Assembly: GCA_000004985.1 (NCBI GenBank)
Contig: GG738845.1
Origin: Naegleria gruberi
Taxonomy: Eukaryota
Reading direction: 5' to 3' (one strand)
Length of the DNA: 64,000 bases
In this document: positions 44,801 through 56,975 of the stretch, piece after piece
Position numbering within the stretch: position 1 is the first letter of the stretch
Layout of the letters: each line of letters starts with the position of its first letter
Position numbers and translations under genes: made by a program
Notes under the pieces: model-generated
Seen by the model: only the letters and a program-made list of their open reading frames with translations
Told to the model about the DNA's origin: nothing
The model's database searches: none

Positions 44801-45459
44801 TTTATTCCAACTTGGAAGGTACATCAGAACTTTTGAAAGATTTCATCAAACAACTAACTGAAATAATAGGATGTAGAAATATCTATCACGAACTTTATAA
44901 TAATTTATTTGGAGAACTTTATTTGCCAACTGTTAAGGATATGACTCTTTCCAAAATGATTGAGGACTACTTTGAACCATGCTTGGAGTCTCTAGTAGAA
45001 ATGACAGATGATCCAAACTGTGTAGAGTGGATTATTATGTCCATGTTTAGACATTTAATCAAATCCTTACAGTTTATCATTATTGATGGATACATTTCTC
45101 AAAATGAGTTCCATTTGAATAAGAGGCAATACAGTGCTTCCGATACAAAATATTTCCTTTCTGATTTGAGTTTGATTGAGAAATTCTTTTATAGTGATGG
45201 AGAAGGTATTTCGGATTGGAATTTTATTATTCAGACAACTGGTTTCTTGAAGAATGTGATTGCGAATGTAATGGACAAAGCTTCAGAATATTTAATCAAT
45301 GGATCAAACCAAAATCCAGCTTTTGAAACTCTCTCAGCAAGTATCACACCAAAAACTCCATTTTCTAAAAATGTTGTCTACAAGGTTTTATTTAATAGAA
45401 CTGATCTGCATGCTAAAAAGTTCATTAAGAATCACAAATTCAGGTATGGCTATGAATAA
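41824..45459 (+). CDS. hypothetical large protein (1211 aa)
   Basis: Single ATG ORF starting 28 bp after the previous gene's stop. An Asn/Ser/Thr-rich linker is followed by a long alpha-helical-looking region. TAA stop with AATAAA. No motif recognised. Confidence 0.6.
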   Translation: MKAISNAKTRFSRQTQDGHKSDQLLINDQILKNSVYEYERNVLLLFMLQQHSELLNQSDREYIKNIKSDDIDHVNELSNITDIHYVMNHLTRKLSIDLTKFDLNKKKELIQDTQMIHHPPSTTQQNLGKSPGIKKPLPLTPQNAFAINSQQQQFDSTINSLDNNPVSIINTSSIPSPTKINTFTEPILSTPTSITTSVNESGTLYPSITTPVNEVSSPIAEKRIKPLPKPALLDTKEIMYTTIMGSTKENTDQFWKLDSYNELKSLSYEILLLNSNGLVDFSGNRENLDAILNTVRKYCGVSKNEHFEMVKRVTNSASFTNSLNTIDSVEYYQTISKIKLQPSTDSKTSLQLWKLIGLVLKNENLDIIKQYSQVFYNNLLLFLKQQTNINFKLNNITFTDMQKLEEFLNEEFTNFDDSDSINDIIQIYTKLNSDIVTPLIKQIPSTGDLIPYLYPLNIKLYSYLSDTRVLSLLKLAKSGEIEIPYDIDDVMNDEIDLSDIFIDLIEDEEVTKSLKLHRKVLNISETMDIMCYIDSVFRMEQNCQTDTDLLLLCDRYLLCLLQYYIKHTKFSNYSKEELSLYNNVFNNMRHILGNSLMDFTSSYTIDHEVFSSHLKLFKYVYYIMQKNENNLTNLSTVFDYITKLSMRKQYERIKSSNMHSASEQAGSNNIIDDSVVLDELVKFGKDILEELSYQQSTFFTYLGSKDYYPNAFIDSLYLNLSNYLKDVQTVFSKYVKTEVSGGVFEIFEIFESFLKIFNEYLFNDEELELTDLENIRKEYPFKMSKLFEPNISILRVPMNNWMNNIQNQYFKYLENSVKLEKFEPISQEVMYSSSHVDLFTFVRQGLPTLYKLCMPNAMEYFRHFNQCLSGLMQRYCVHMVHNLPKVEDFIPKKIQPFSSITVNTSGNGVLKKLMSSGETADNTNGFITPRFESNGISYEELFVRLANLVNTRRQYIKVVKELIEKSDNYRLLFVGKTNTNSTSLPATLLPIDFYSNLEGTSELLKDFIKQLTEIIGCRNIYHELYNNLFGELYLPTVKDMTLSKMIEDYFEPCLESLVEMTDDPNCVEWIIMSMFRHLIKSLQFIIIDGYISQNEFHLNKRQYSASDTKYFLSDLSLIEKFFYSDGEGISDWNFIIQTTGFLKNVIANVMDKASEYLINGSNQNPAFETLSASITPKTPFSKNVVYKVLFNRTDLHAKKFIKNHKFRYGYE

Positions 45460-45484
45460 ATTGTTTATTCAATAACATTGGTTA

Positions 45485-46632
45485 CTACTTGCTATCTTTT
45501 ACAGAATATAATTTCAGAATTTCCTTTCGCAACCTCAATTTCTGTCTCTCAGCTCCAATTACAGAGATGGGCACATCGTGTGTATCCATTATGGAGAGCA
45601 CATCTGCTTGAGGAGTTGCTGGTTGATTTTGAGTTGAATTCCTACTATATCCAACATTTACAACATGTTGATAAAATGATTCACAAAATTCTGCAAATGC
45701 TAGTTTCCCATCATTTTCATTAATGTATTTCAATCTCATTTGAACTGCCTTCTCCAATATCGTTTGCATATTTTCAACATTTGGCTTTGAAAACTCTTGT
45801 TGTCCCAAAATGTGAGTTATTGATTTGGTTACAATGTTAGTTGGCACAGGAATGAAGAATGATTTGTGAAATATTGAATCAAAAATCAATTCAAAGAATT
45901 CAAAGTAAAACAGAAATGTTCTAAAACATAGAATAAATGATTGAAATGCTGGTAATTCAATCAGTTTCTTTTCCTCACTTCCTTGCACATCAAATAACAT
46001 TTCCGGTAATTGTTCATATATTTCCTTATTCTTAATTATTGTGCTGTACATTACAATACTATTATACAAACTATGCATTATACTCTCTGGGAAATCCTCA
46101 CATAGCAATAAAATTAATTGGTAATATTCAGAAAAATTCATTTCTAAGTTGTGATGATGGCAAAAATTCTACTTAAATACTACTTACTCTGTTCGTTACT
46201 GATCTTGGAATAGATCTGTTCAAAATAATCTGTAAAACTCAATCTATTTCTTGGTGTTGAATGAATATAGGAATAAGGTTTATGAATGATATGTAATCCA
46301 CTAATCACTTGTTTAAAACTTTAGGTACATTATTAGAATTTAGAAATTTCCATCATTACTATTCAAACCTACTAATTAGCCAGAAATTGTAAGGGATCAT
46401 CATCCCTCGCAAATATCAGTTGAGAAAGTACATCATTCAAATAAAAATTCATTTGAAATCTCTTCAAATAGTCATCACCATCATGATGAAAGAATTGAGG
46501 TTTTGGCTGTGTTGTATTATCCTTTTGCAAGTTTGATGAGGATTTCTTTTTAAATGCCGATGGCGATGTTTTTGTATTCAAATAATCAGAGTTTGATCGT
46601 GTAATTCCGGCACCGCTAGGATGTTGACTCAT
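45485..46632 (-). CDS. hypothetical protein with RIIa/Dpy-30-like dimerisation-docking motif, 3 exons
   Basis: join(complement 46373..46632, 46188..46318, 45485..46143), 350 codons. Donors are GTAGGT and GTAAGT, with introns of 54 and 44 nt. DPLQFLANYF resembles the PKA RII-alpha/Dpy-30 docking helix. Confidence 0.45.
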
Positions 46633-46817
46633 TTTTTTGTTCTTTGTTCCCGCTTAATTTCCTTATTAATTTTAATATTATAAAAATATTAATAATTATT
46701 TAATCTCGTATTTTGTAAATATTAAAAAAATGAATGAAAACAGAACCTTTCTATCCACCGTGATGAACATTGTATGTACATTACCAACAAGAATTATGGT
46801 TAACACAACCATTTCAG

Positions 46818-47936
46818 ATGTTTCCACGAGTGATTGACAATTTAACAGTAATTAGTGGATTGAAGAATAATTCATCGGATGCCATTCGGAGAGTCATTGG
46901 GAGTGATAGAGAAATGTTTGATAGACTTGATCCTGAAACTTTGCAAATAATTAAACACGATTTGGAAGCACAAAAATCATCAATCTATTCCTCGTCAAGT
47001 AAAGGCAATAATGGACAAGAATTTGATAGGGAAATTATGTCCACTAATGATGATATTAATCAACAACAACAATGGAAGAGAAATTCAGCTCTTGATAATG
47101 AAATTAAAAAACAAGAATCATTCAATCAGAGGATTTCGGAAATTGCCAATAGCAATATAGTCAATTTGGAGGAAAAAGCAAGTGGAAAGAAAGGAAAGGG
47201 ATTATTGGATGAATTTCTAGTAGATCCTAGCGAAGAAAATGTACTTACCACAAGAAGAGCCAAATCTACTCTCAATGTTTCAACATCAAGTGCTGAAAAT
47301 GTTTTTGATCTGTATGCAAGAGCCTTACCAGAATTGAGAGCAGAGCTCAGACAAAAAGGATTAAAGCAAGTGGGATTTATTAAATTCAATAAGGATAGTA
47401 ATAAGGCGGTGGAAAATTTGAGATTGACTTCAAAAGAAAATTTTAAACATGATGCTTTTAATCCTCTTGCTTTGGAAGATCCATCTTTGAGAGTTTTGGC
47501 ACCAAAACAATGGAAAGGAAGTTTACCGTCACCTGCCAAGGATGATATTATTCAATCAGCGATCAATGGTTTAAAAACACATTTCGAGCTCAATAATAAT
47601 TTTCTAGTTCAAGGAGATCCAATATCCTATGACTTTATGGTGTCTCAGGAAAATACAGAATCAAAAGCTTTAGATACACTCACCATTCAGCTTGTAATTA
47701 CCCTAACCCATGCTGATACCTCTAGAACATTGACTCAAACAAAGAAAATTTTCAAATTCAATGAAGATTCACCATTCGAGATTGTAAAACCTTTACAAAC
47801 TTTGAATCTGAATACCAAATATATGGATTTAGGAAGTTATCAGTTATTTGCACAAGTATTTCTATTCCTTCCAAACAGTACTCATTCATCAATTCTGTCC
47901 TCTCATGGTCCTTTTGATATTTTCTTGACAAGATAG
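46818..47936 (+). CDS. hypothetical protein
   Basis: ORF-track frame 46770..47936. The first real ATG is at 46818, preceded by TTTCAG, so an upstream exon is possible. No domain recognised. Confidence 0.45.
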   Translation: MFPRVIDNLTVISGLKNNSSDAIRRVIGSDREMFDRLDPETLQIIKHDLEAQKSSIYSSSSKGNNGQEFDREIMSTNDDINQQQQWKRNSALDNEIKKQESFNQRISEIANSNIVNLEEKASGKKGKGLLDEFLVDPSEENVLTTRRAKSTLNVSTSSAENVFDLYARALPELRAELRQKGLKQVGFIKFNKDSNKAVENLRLTSKENFKHDAFNPLALEDPSLRVLAPKQWKGSLPSPAKDDIIQSAINGLKTHFELNNNFLVQGDPISYDFMVSQENTESKALDTLTIQLVITLTHADTSRTLTQTKKIFKFNEDSPFEIVKPLQTLNLNTKYMDLGSYQLFAQVFLFLPNSTHSSILSSHGPFDIFLTR

Positions 47937-47982
47937 GCATTATAGTGGTTTTTCAGCATTGCAATAGTATTATTGTATTATA

Positions 47983-49670
47983 CTATTGCTCTTTTAGAAT
48001 TTGGAAAAGAGTGTAAAGCTTAGAGTTGACTGGATTAGTATCATGTTTTTCAATTCCTTTTTCTATTGGTATGATAGCTCCATACTTGCTATCAATCAAG
48101 TGAGTCATGAGTAGTTTCTTATAATTTTCCTGATTTAACAGGTCAAGGTAGGCATCCATAGCCAGCTTCACCATCTCAAAAATAGTATTAAATTCAGGAT
48201 ATTCTTCTATAATTTCTTTTCTATATTGCTCTATTGACTGTAGCAGCTCCTTTTTAAACATGGAAATATCTAAAAGATAAGAGATGAATTTGAGTAGTTT
48301 TTTCTCTTTTTTCAAATTATAAAGTAGGCTCAGATAAATGTGAGCTCTCTTGTTGTACATCTCAATAAATCTAGAAACATGCTTCATGTGTCTGGCTTTG
48401 GTTTCAAGAAGTAATTTTTGGGCATTCCTAGTTGTGTTTTTCTCGATTAAAGGAATACACTCTGTATAAATAATATGAAAATAAATATTGTAAAACTCTG
48501 TCTTGAATCTGAATTTTTTGATTTGGTCTGTATCAAATTCTTCCTCAGGTTTTTCAATTAATTCCTTAATTTGAGGATCATTTTCTAGAATGTCACTAAT
48601 TATATTTAATATTTTTCTAAAATTCCTACTAATACATACTTGTACATTGATTCTATAGTTTGTAAAAACTCATTTCTCACAAGTTCTTCATCTATTTTTG
48701 AATAGTCAACCGCTAAGTTTACACTCTCTACGTTTGAAAATCGGATTTGGGACAACCTATTTTGTTTTTCGATAGACAATTCCACCTCCTCGTTAGATCC
48801 TGTCCATAGAAATGACCTCAAGTCAATTCTATAGGTTTGTTTTTGTAAATTTCTAGTAAAGGTACACAATTTTTGTAACTTGTTATAAATCTCTGCTCTT
48901 TCCAAGCACAGAGCATCACTTGATTCATTAAATTGCTTTAAAAATTGATTATCCTCCTCTGAGAATCCATTCTTATCCACAATATATTTCAAAGTTTTAT
49001 CCAATAATACTTTCAATAATTGTTTTTGATTTTTTACAATACTATCTTCAGTGTTAATTGTGTAAATATCAGGAAACGTTTGCCATAGAGTTATTAATTC
49101 ATGATCATTTAAAGTAACATAATCATTCAATTCTTTCAAAATTTCCTTCCTAATTGACTTTTTGTAATACTGTTGGGTGATTCTTGTCAATTCATGATCT
49201 ACATCTCTAATTTGTGGTATACCCTTCCTTATCGATTCAATCACTGATTTATTTACCAATAAATCTTCACTTTCCTCTTCCTTCTTCTCAGTGTCGTTAT
49301 TCTTCTCATCTCTATGCTTTAACTCCTCCCTCCATCGATATTTCACATATTCTTCCAACATTAAATCCCACCACTCACCAAAACACATTACTTTCAGAAA
49401 ATCAATATTCTTCTCTTCCAAATCATTGATAATTTCCTTCAAACAATCATGTAATATCCAATTCTTACAAATTTGAATCACCTCCGAAAGTAATAAATTG
49501 TTTTCCACCACCTTATCTTGTTCATTATTAGTCAACAGTATACAAGAATGATTTTTCAAATACAATGCACACCATTCTTCAATTTGATATTTTGATTCAC
49601 GATCATGAATGAATTTTACTTTCCAATATCGTTCCCAGTAGAAATTTAATAAATTCAAATCTTCAGCCAT
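47983..49670 (-). CDS. hypothetical protein, 2 exons
   Basis: join(complement 48640..49670, 47983..48584), with a 55-nt GTATGT..CTAG intron. The frame runs continuously from the 354-aa piece into the 47983..48387 piece. No domain recognised. Confidence 0.5.
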
Positions 49671-49778
49671 GATGATAATAATCCAGTTGTTAAACGTTGC
49701 TTCATAATTTTTTTCTTTTCAAAATAATATTTAATTAATATTTTAATAATTTACAAATAATATTTACTAATTAATAAT

Positions 49779-50435
49779 TTACAACATTGAATAATCCCCA
49801 TGAACTCTACTAGCACCTCTCGTGGATTGTCTAAATTTTGCAGGTAAGAATAAACAATTGACAACAGCACAAAACAATAAAAACATCACAGCCAACATGA
49901 TTGTTCTCACAATTGCAAATCCAACATCTCCCTTCCTGGCAATAACTACAATAGAGAGTGTCATGCTTCCAATCGATAATATCATGGCCATCACAAACAA
50001 GATGGTATAAATCAGAATTGAAAACAAGTGGAGCTTCCATCTCCCTTTAGAGGCAGCCGCAACACTAACCAATAGAAAGAGAGACATGACGACCATGGTA
50101 GCATAGAAAACCATATCCGTAATGCTGTATGCCAAGTAGAGTTGCTCATCGAGAGTATTGAGGAGGATGGTTGTTCGAGCAAAGAAAATTATATACTGAA
50201 TGATGTTCAAGGCTCCCATAAAGAGGAAGAACAGGGCTAAGAGAATGGATAGAATGCTATTTTCCATCATGTTGGAGATGCTTGATGGAGTTGTTGATGT
50301 TGTAGGATTGGATGAAGGCATATTGTAGTGATTGGAGTGATGAGAGGTTGAATCATCATTCGGAACTGTTTTAATGTATTGATCATCATCGTCATCGTTA
50401 TGATCTCTCAAGAGGGATTGTTGTTGTTGAGACAT
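49779..50435 (-). CDS. small polytopic membrane protein (about 4 TM), hypothetical
   Basis: 218-aa ORF with an acidic, DDDDD-containing N-terminus followed by four hydrophobic segments. Confidence 0.45.
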   Translation of the reverse strand: MSQQQQSLLRDHNDDDDDQYIKTVPNDDSTSHHSNHYNMPSSNPTTSTTPSSISNMMENSILSILLALFFLFMGALNIIQYIIFFARTTILLNTLDEQLYLAYSITDMVFYATMVVMSLFLLVSVAAASKGRWKLHLFSILIYTILFVMAMILSIGSMTLSIVVIARKGDVGFAIVRTIMLAVMFLLFCAVVNCLFLPAKFRQSTRGASRVHGDYSML

Positions 50436-50792
50436 TTTTATAATTATTGTTGATGATGATTATTGACGTCAATAATATCGTAACATTATAACGAGAAGAA
50501 CAATTATGTATCTTGCTGTTGAAGGATATCAGTTTGCAAACCAAAATCAGCCAATGTCATTGTTGAATTTTAGAAAATAATTATGCCCTAATTAAAGATC
50601 AAAAGAGAGAAAATTCGACAACTTTATACATCTGTTTGCTAGCATGTTGGAAGCATTCCCGATCTACTCGATAGTATTATACAAGTATTATATTAAATAG
50701 TTGATAAACATATAACTTGTTAAAAATCAACACTTTTATTGAATACTCTCATTTTTTCATTTGTGAATGCAAATTTTAATGAAAGTAAAAAA

Positions 50793-53700
50793 ATGAACAA
50801 CAATTCAAAGAATTCATCTCACTTGTTGGAACCATTCAAAGTCATTGGTCTGGTTACGAATCATGTTGTACCAGCTATTAGCTTTCAGTCATCAAACGGT
50901 TCTGCTATTGATTCGGATTTAATAGATGATGCTTTAATTTATTCTGCTATTGGAAATACATTTTATGCATACGGGGTATGTTTTTAGTAATAATAACAAT
51001 ATTGAACAATAGCATTTAACAAATTGTAATATCTTTGATTTTCGGAATTTAATGATGAATTTTTAATGATGAAATTTAATAGGTAAAATCACTTATTCAT
51101 ATTGATATTGGTCCACAATTACCAGCACCAATTTGTAATATGCTCGTTGAAAGACAATCTACACTAACAACACATAGTACCTCTCATCCAACTCAACGTG
51201 ATATTCTCTTTGTTGCTTGTGAAGAACACTCAAAGATTTATGTTTTACGTGGTGCTAGGGAATTGATAACCATTATTGATACATCAAAGGATATGACAAT
51301 TAAGAGTGGTAAAATAATACAATTACTTAAAATTGGACAATATTTATTAGTATGCTTTGAACATGCTATTGCAATTTATGATACATTCCAAATTGAAGAT
51401 CCTTTTGTTACTTTATGTGAATTGCCAAAGGATAGTACATTGACTTGTGCTATTCACTTGCAAACATATTTGGATAAATTAATAATAGGAACAAAAGAAG
51501 GTCATTTCATTTTGTACAATTTTAGAGTTGGAAAGGAAATTTATCGTTTTTCGAAACATTTAAATACCTTTTTGAAGGAAAAAAAGAAGATTAATGAGGA
51601 AGAAGATTTATTACACTCATTGTTAAATACACAAAATACTGATTCAAAGGATGATACTGTAAATGTTAGTGTTACATGCATCAAGGCATCTCCTGCTTTG
51701 GATGTTATTGCTGTAGGATTGTCATCAGGTCACACAATGTTGTATCATGTTAAATATGATCACATCATTAATGTTTTTAAACAAACTGGACCTGTTAGTG
51801 CCATTTCATTCAGAACAACCTCTCCAACAGTCAGAGAAGAACAACTCTTCAGTCAAACAGTCAATTCTGAAGATTCACTGGCAACAGGTAATCACACTGG
51901 TGAAATTTCAATCTTTGATTTGAATAATAATCAACTCATTCACAGAATTAAGAAGAATGACAGACATACAGGTCCAATCACTTGTTGTGAATTCTTACCA
52001 GGAGAACCATTCATGATCACTGCTTCCGCTGACAATGTAATGTGTACAGTTGTTTTTGATCGTGTTGACAAACCTCGTGAAGTTGTCTGTAGAATGGGAC
52101 ACAAAAAGGCACCAAAGATTATCAGATTCTACGATCCAATGGGTAATTACATTGTTACTGGTGGTGTTGATGGTCAAATCAGAGTAACTTCCCTTATTGA
52201 TCCAAAAGAAACAAGACAAATTTCACAAGCTGAAAATTCTCACTTGTGGAAACAAGCCAATAAGAACCAATCTCAAATCGATATTATGCCTGCAGTAACA
52301 GATATGGATATTTGTTATTTGAGACAAGACGACTGGAACAATCTTGCTTGTTGTCATTCCAACTTGAACCGTGTGACGTTGTGGAACATTAAATATCTCA
52401 GATCTGATAACCAAACTCTCTACAAGCCTGAACTCAAATTTGGTATTCCTCAATCAGTGGCACTCTCTATTTGTGGTAATTTTTCAGTAGTTGGTACAAA
52501 CAAGGGATATTTGGAAAAGTGGATTGTCCAATCTAAGAATATGAAACACTTGTATACAACAAATGATATCAAGAAGGAGTCTGAAGTTGAAATTAGAAAG
52601 GTTTATGATTTCAAGGGAAGACAAAAGAAGTTGAAAAATTATGTTACCAAGTTGGAAAATGTTGCTCACAACTCTTCCATCAACTCTGTTATCATTGATA
52701 ATACTAACACTAAGGTATGCAGTGGTGGACATGATGGACTTCTCAAGATTTGGAGATTTGATGCCGAAAAGGTTGAAAATGTCAAGGACCAATTAATTGC
52801 TAGTTTTGATTTGAAATCACCAATTTTAAAGATGGTCAAGAGTAAGAACTCTGCCTCTGCAAATTTTGTATCTGTTGCAACTGAAAACTTTAAGATCCAT
52901 GTGTTCGATTTAAATACTTGCAAATTAATTCGTACATTCCACGGTCATCATGTCAATAAGGTTAATGACATGTGCTTTACTCATGATAATCGTTATTTGG
53001 TTTCATGTGGTATTGATGGTTACATACTCATTTACGATATTTTAACAGGTCAATTAATTGATTGGTTGCTTCTTCCAAAACCAGCAACCAGTTTAGATTT
53101 CCATCCTGAAGGCTTATACTTGGTAACAACACACGTCGGATCAGTAGGTGTTTGTATCTGGGCTAATAAGGCAATTTTCGGTAATGCCTTGTTACAATCT
53201 GTTAATGCTCCAAAACCTATTGCTTTGCCATTCAGTGGTGATAGTATGTTTGTTACTGAGCGATCAACAGTTGATGTCAAACTTCTTGAAAATTCCACTG
53301 AAAATTCAAAGAAGAAGAGAAAGAGAGCCATGAAGATTTTGTCCAAAGTCGACGATTGGATGAAACAGGATGGAAGTGATAGTGATGATAGTTTATCTGA
53401 AGATAGTGACGAAGAAGAAGAGGATGTTAACAATGTAAAGAAGGCTAACAATGATCAAACTTCTATTTCAATTCAAGAACCAGCCAACTTTATCAAACTT
53501 TCTGGTTTGCCAAAGTACAAATGGCATTCTCTTACACATTTGGACGAATTAAGAAAGAGAAACAAACTTGATGGTAAGAAGGGTACTCTTGATTTGGAAG
53601 AATTAGATGTTTCAGGAGTTGCACCATTCTTCATTCCAACTGAACCAACCTTTGGTAAGAATATTAAATTTGCCGAGAAGTCAACCGAGAGCAAGATTTT

Positions 53701-54148
53701 ACAAAACTCATCTAACAAGATGAATAGAAAGGCCATGTTAACAAATCCACTCATTGCCAACATTAAGAAGGATAAGGATTCTAGCTCAAATAGTTATATC
53801 AATACCTTGAAATATATCAAGGAGTCTAATGTTAAACATGTTGATTTGGCTGTAAGAACACTCTCTGCCTTTAACCAATACGAAGAGTACAAGTTGATAC
53901 TCGACTTTTTCTTGCACTATTTGGAAGTAGAGTATACAGAATTTGATTTGATTCAAGCCATGATTAATTTATTCTTGCAAATACATGCCGAGATCCTTGT
54001 GGATGCCATTAGAGATGACGATCAAATCAGACAATTTGTGGATAGACTTTCATCTGCAAACACCAATTCTTTCAAATCTCTCGATGATATGAACAAGTAT
54101 AACCAATGTATGATTGATTATATGTCATTTGGAGGAGTCTTCATATAA
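50793..54148 (+). CDS. UTP21: U3 snoRNP / SSU-processome WD40 protein UTP21 (WDR36-like), 2 exons
   Basis: join(50793..50975,51083..54148), with a 107-nt GTATGT..AATAG intron. The N-terminal LEPFKVIGLVTNHVVPA aligns with yeast Utp21 FSPFRIIGNVSNGVPFA. Multiple WD repeats. The C-terminal region (LVTTHVGSVGVCIWANKAIF) aligns with the Utp21-specific domain. Confidence 0.8.
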
Positions 54149-54188
54149 AAAATTTAAATCATTTTACTGTCATTTGATTTTGAAAATA

Positions 54189-54965
54189 TTATTCAATTTT
54201 TATTAATAAGGGAGGTATCAATTTTATCCTCCAACCAGTGATCATTTGTTCCAGTAATTCCATTTCATTTGTATATTCTTGTTGAGTGTTGTTATTTTCT
54301 TTCGATTTCATTTGAGTGAAATGTTTTTCAATTTTAAATACAGTATTATAATATGAGCCCTCATTGCAATAGAAATACATTTCAATATCCATAATAATTT
54401 TCATATATCCATCCACATATGAAAATGACATGTTTAGAATGTCTATTGATTGAATGGTTTCCACTTTTGGGTATGTTAACTCTATTGATTTCAAATCATT
54501 TTTACAATTCTCTGGAAGCAATATGCCATACTCGTCAATTAAATCCCTATTCTTTACGATTTCCAAATATTTTACAAGTAAATGATTTTTAAAAACAAAA
54601 AACAAGAATAAATCCTTTTCAAATAATGGTTCAAAATCTCTAATATTAATCAAATCTGTTGCACTCCTTGCTTCCGCCAATTGATCTGACTTTGATCTCA
54701 AATAATTATTTTTATATTCTGCATCATCCCAAGAATTGAAAAATATATTCTTAAACTCATATTTGTATTCATCTAATTTCCTAATCAATAATTTAGATTT
54801 ATCATCAATCGAGTCGAGTATTTTTCTAAAATTATAAGAATAGGATATTGGTTTTTTCTGTTTTTGGTATTGCAACAACGCTGAATGTGAATGGAGAGGA
54901 AGCAAACAAGTTTTTCCCGTCCTAGAAGAGTACAGTGGTGTACTGTTTCTTATTATTTTTTTCAT
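54189..54965 (-). CDS. hypothetical protein (258 aa)
   Basis: ATG ORF lying between the two UTP genes on the opposite strand. No motif recognised. Confidence 0.4.
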   Translation of the reverse strand: MKKIIRNSTPLYSSRTGKTCLLPLHSHSALLQYQKQKKPISYSYNFRKILDSIDDKSKLLIRKLDEYKYEFKNIFFNSWDDAEYKNNYLRSKSDQLAEARSATDLINIRDFEPLFEKDLFLFFVFKNHLLVKYLEIVKNRDLIDEYGILLPENCKNDLKSIELTYPKVETIQSIDILNMSFSYVDGYMKIIMDIEMYFYCNEGSYYNTVFKIEKHFTQMKSKENNNTQQEYTNEMELLEQMITGWRIKLIPPLLIKIE

Positions 54966-55193
54966 TTTAATTGCAAGATGACGGTTTCATCATGAGCAAG
55001 AACATCATCTTTAAACGACTTGCCATCATCATTTTGATTCAATTCCATCAATAAAGTGTTCTTTCTTTCTGAATTGTTATTTCATAAAATTCTGTGCTTC
55101 AACAAAAGTTTGATAATTTTTGAATCTAAAAAAAATTTGAACATTTGCTAGGAGCCTCTATCATCACGGAAAGAATTCGATTTTACTAACAAA

Positions 55194-56975
55194 ATGAATG
55201 AACAACAAATATTTATTTCGGAACAATTGGAACTTCAAGTTGATTCTTTGAACGAGTTGAAATATAAAAAAGTCTTTGCTAATGAAGAAATTGCCAAGAT
55301 TGTTCAAAAACGTACAGATTACTTGTACTTGTTGGCTTCATCACTTCCTAAGGAAGATTTATTACATCCATATTTATCACACATGCTATTCGAATTGAAT
55401 TTATTACAATTAATTAAAACTAGACTCAAATTGAATAAGAAGAAGAATAATGATTTTAATATTCACTTACAATTTCCATATAATCAATACAAGATTGGTA
55501 TTGCTAAATTTAGTACACAAATTTATCTTATGAAATCTTATATTGACTTCTGTATGCAATATCAATTGAAACCAAACTCTGCTTTTGACCAAGTTTTATC
55601 AAAACACTCTAATCAAGAACAATTGTGGTTATTATACTCTAAATTTGAATTTGAATATAATCAAGCTATTGATAGTGGTATTCAAATTTTAAAGAATGGT
55701 ATCAAGGCAATTCCACATACTAGTCAATACTTACACTTGGAATTATTGAAATTATACTTGATTAAAGCGGAATATGCTGAATTTAGAATGCTTTTCAATA
55801 GTGTATTAGAAAATTTAAATAATGTAGAATATGGATACTTTTTTGAAATTATTAAATTATTAATGTTCTATTATAGAGAAGAATTGACCAAGAATGATGA
55901 AGAACAAGATGATATGAGCGATGATGAAGAACCAACTTCAACTGAAAAACATGAATTCTTCACTGAAATGATTGAATTCATTCTTGAAAAGGTATTATTG
56001 AAGAATTATAGAAATGATGAAAAGTGCTTGTACGAAATTTTCAAGTTCAAACTGACCTATTTCAATAATAATACTGATTATGAAGAGTTAATCTCCAATA
56101 TGGAGAATATTTGCGATAGAATTTGTCATACCAGCAAAATGTATCACTATTACATGTTATTATTAATTGATATTTTTAATATTACAAAGAAGGTTGAATA
56201 CATTAATAGAATTCACTCAGTCTTTGGAAAGATGAATACTTTCAACTTGTTGACCTTTAGGACAATTTTAATTTATTCTAACATTTTATTATCTATTGAA
56301 GATAACTCTCAACAAGTTGTCAAAGTTTTGAAGCAATTACACTTGATTAACTCTAATCACTCTAGTGACTTTTTCAAGTGCTTACTCTTACTTTTAGATT
56401 TGACTAAATATAGCAGAGACTCTATTGATTATTCTGTGAAATTGGTAAATGAAAAGAGTGCTGACAATGAATTCAAGATTCAATTCTATGAACAATTATT
56501 TACCAATATTTCTAAATCAGTATCACAAGAACAACTCCAACATTTATATTTGGATGGTATTAAGAATACAGGAAACTCACACGAAATCAAAAAGTTATAC
56601 TTTAAACATATTATTGATAATGTGGCACAAGGCGATTATCAAAAATTGGACAAGTATGTGAAATTAATTCTCTCCCTACCACCAAATTCCCATCAAGTTT
56701 ATCAAATGATGATTACTTACATTACCAAACATTTGACTGGTTTGGAATCAGCAAGTTGTGGCAATTATCACTCACTGTTAGGATATTTATATGAACAACA
56801 AATGGTTGAAAATAGACATGATTGGAAAGTTTACATTCAATATATGCAATATTTAAAGAAACAAAATCGTTTGAAGAATATTTCATCAGTTTACCAAAAG
56901 GCTGTTAATGCCTTGTCTGGTAAATCAGAAGAATTATCAGCTTTTGTTCAACATTATGATAAATATGTTAAATAA
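55194..56975 (+). CDS. UTP6: U3 snoRNP protein UTP6-like (HAT-repeat protein)
   Basis: 593 aa, the size of Utp6. The N-terminal pattern (EQLELQVDSLNELKYKKVFANEEIAKIVQKRTDYLY) matches the Utp6 N-terminal domain (E..L..LE.L.....F...EI..I...R..FEY). The remainder is a helical-repeat region. Confidence 0.6.
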   Translation: MNEQQIFISEQLELQVDSLNELKYKKVFANEEIAKIVQKRTDYLYLLASSLPKEDLLHPYLSHMLFELNLLQLIKTRLKLNKKKNNDFNIHLQFPYNQYKIGIAKFSTQIYLMKSYIDFCMQYQLKPNSAFDQVLSKHSNQEQLWLLYSKFEFEYNQAIDSGIQILKNGIKAIPHTSQYLHLELLKLYLIKAEYAEFRMLFNSVLENLNNVEYGYFFEIIKLLMFYYREELTKNDEEQDDMSDDEEPTSTEKHEFFTEMIEFILEKVLLKNYRNDEKCLYEIFKFKLTYFNNNTDYEELISNMENICDRICHTSKMYHYYMLLLIDIFNITKKVEYINRIHSVFGKMNTFNLLTFRTILIYSNILLSIEDNSQQVVKVLKQLHLINSNHSSDFFKCLLLLLDLTKYSRDSIDYSVKLVNEKSADNEFKIQFYEQLFTNISKSVSQEQLQHLYLDGIKNTGNSHEIKKLYFKHIIDNVAQGDYQKLDKYVKLILSLPPNSHQVYQMMITYITKHLTGLESASCGNYHSLLGYLYEQQMVENRHDWKVYIQYMQYLKKQNRLKNISSVYQKAVNALSGKSEELSAFVQHYDKYVK

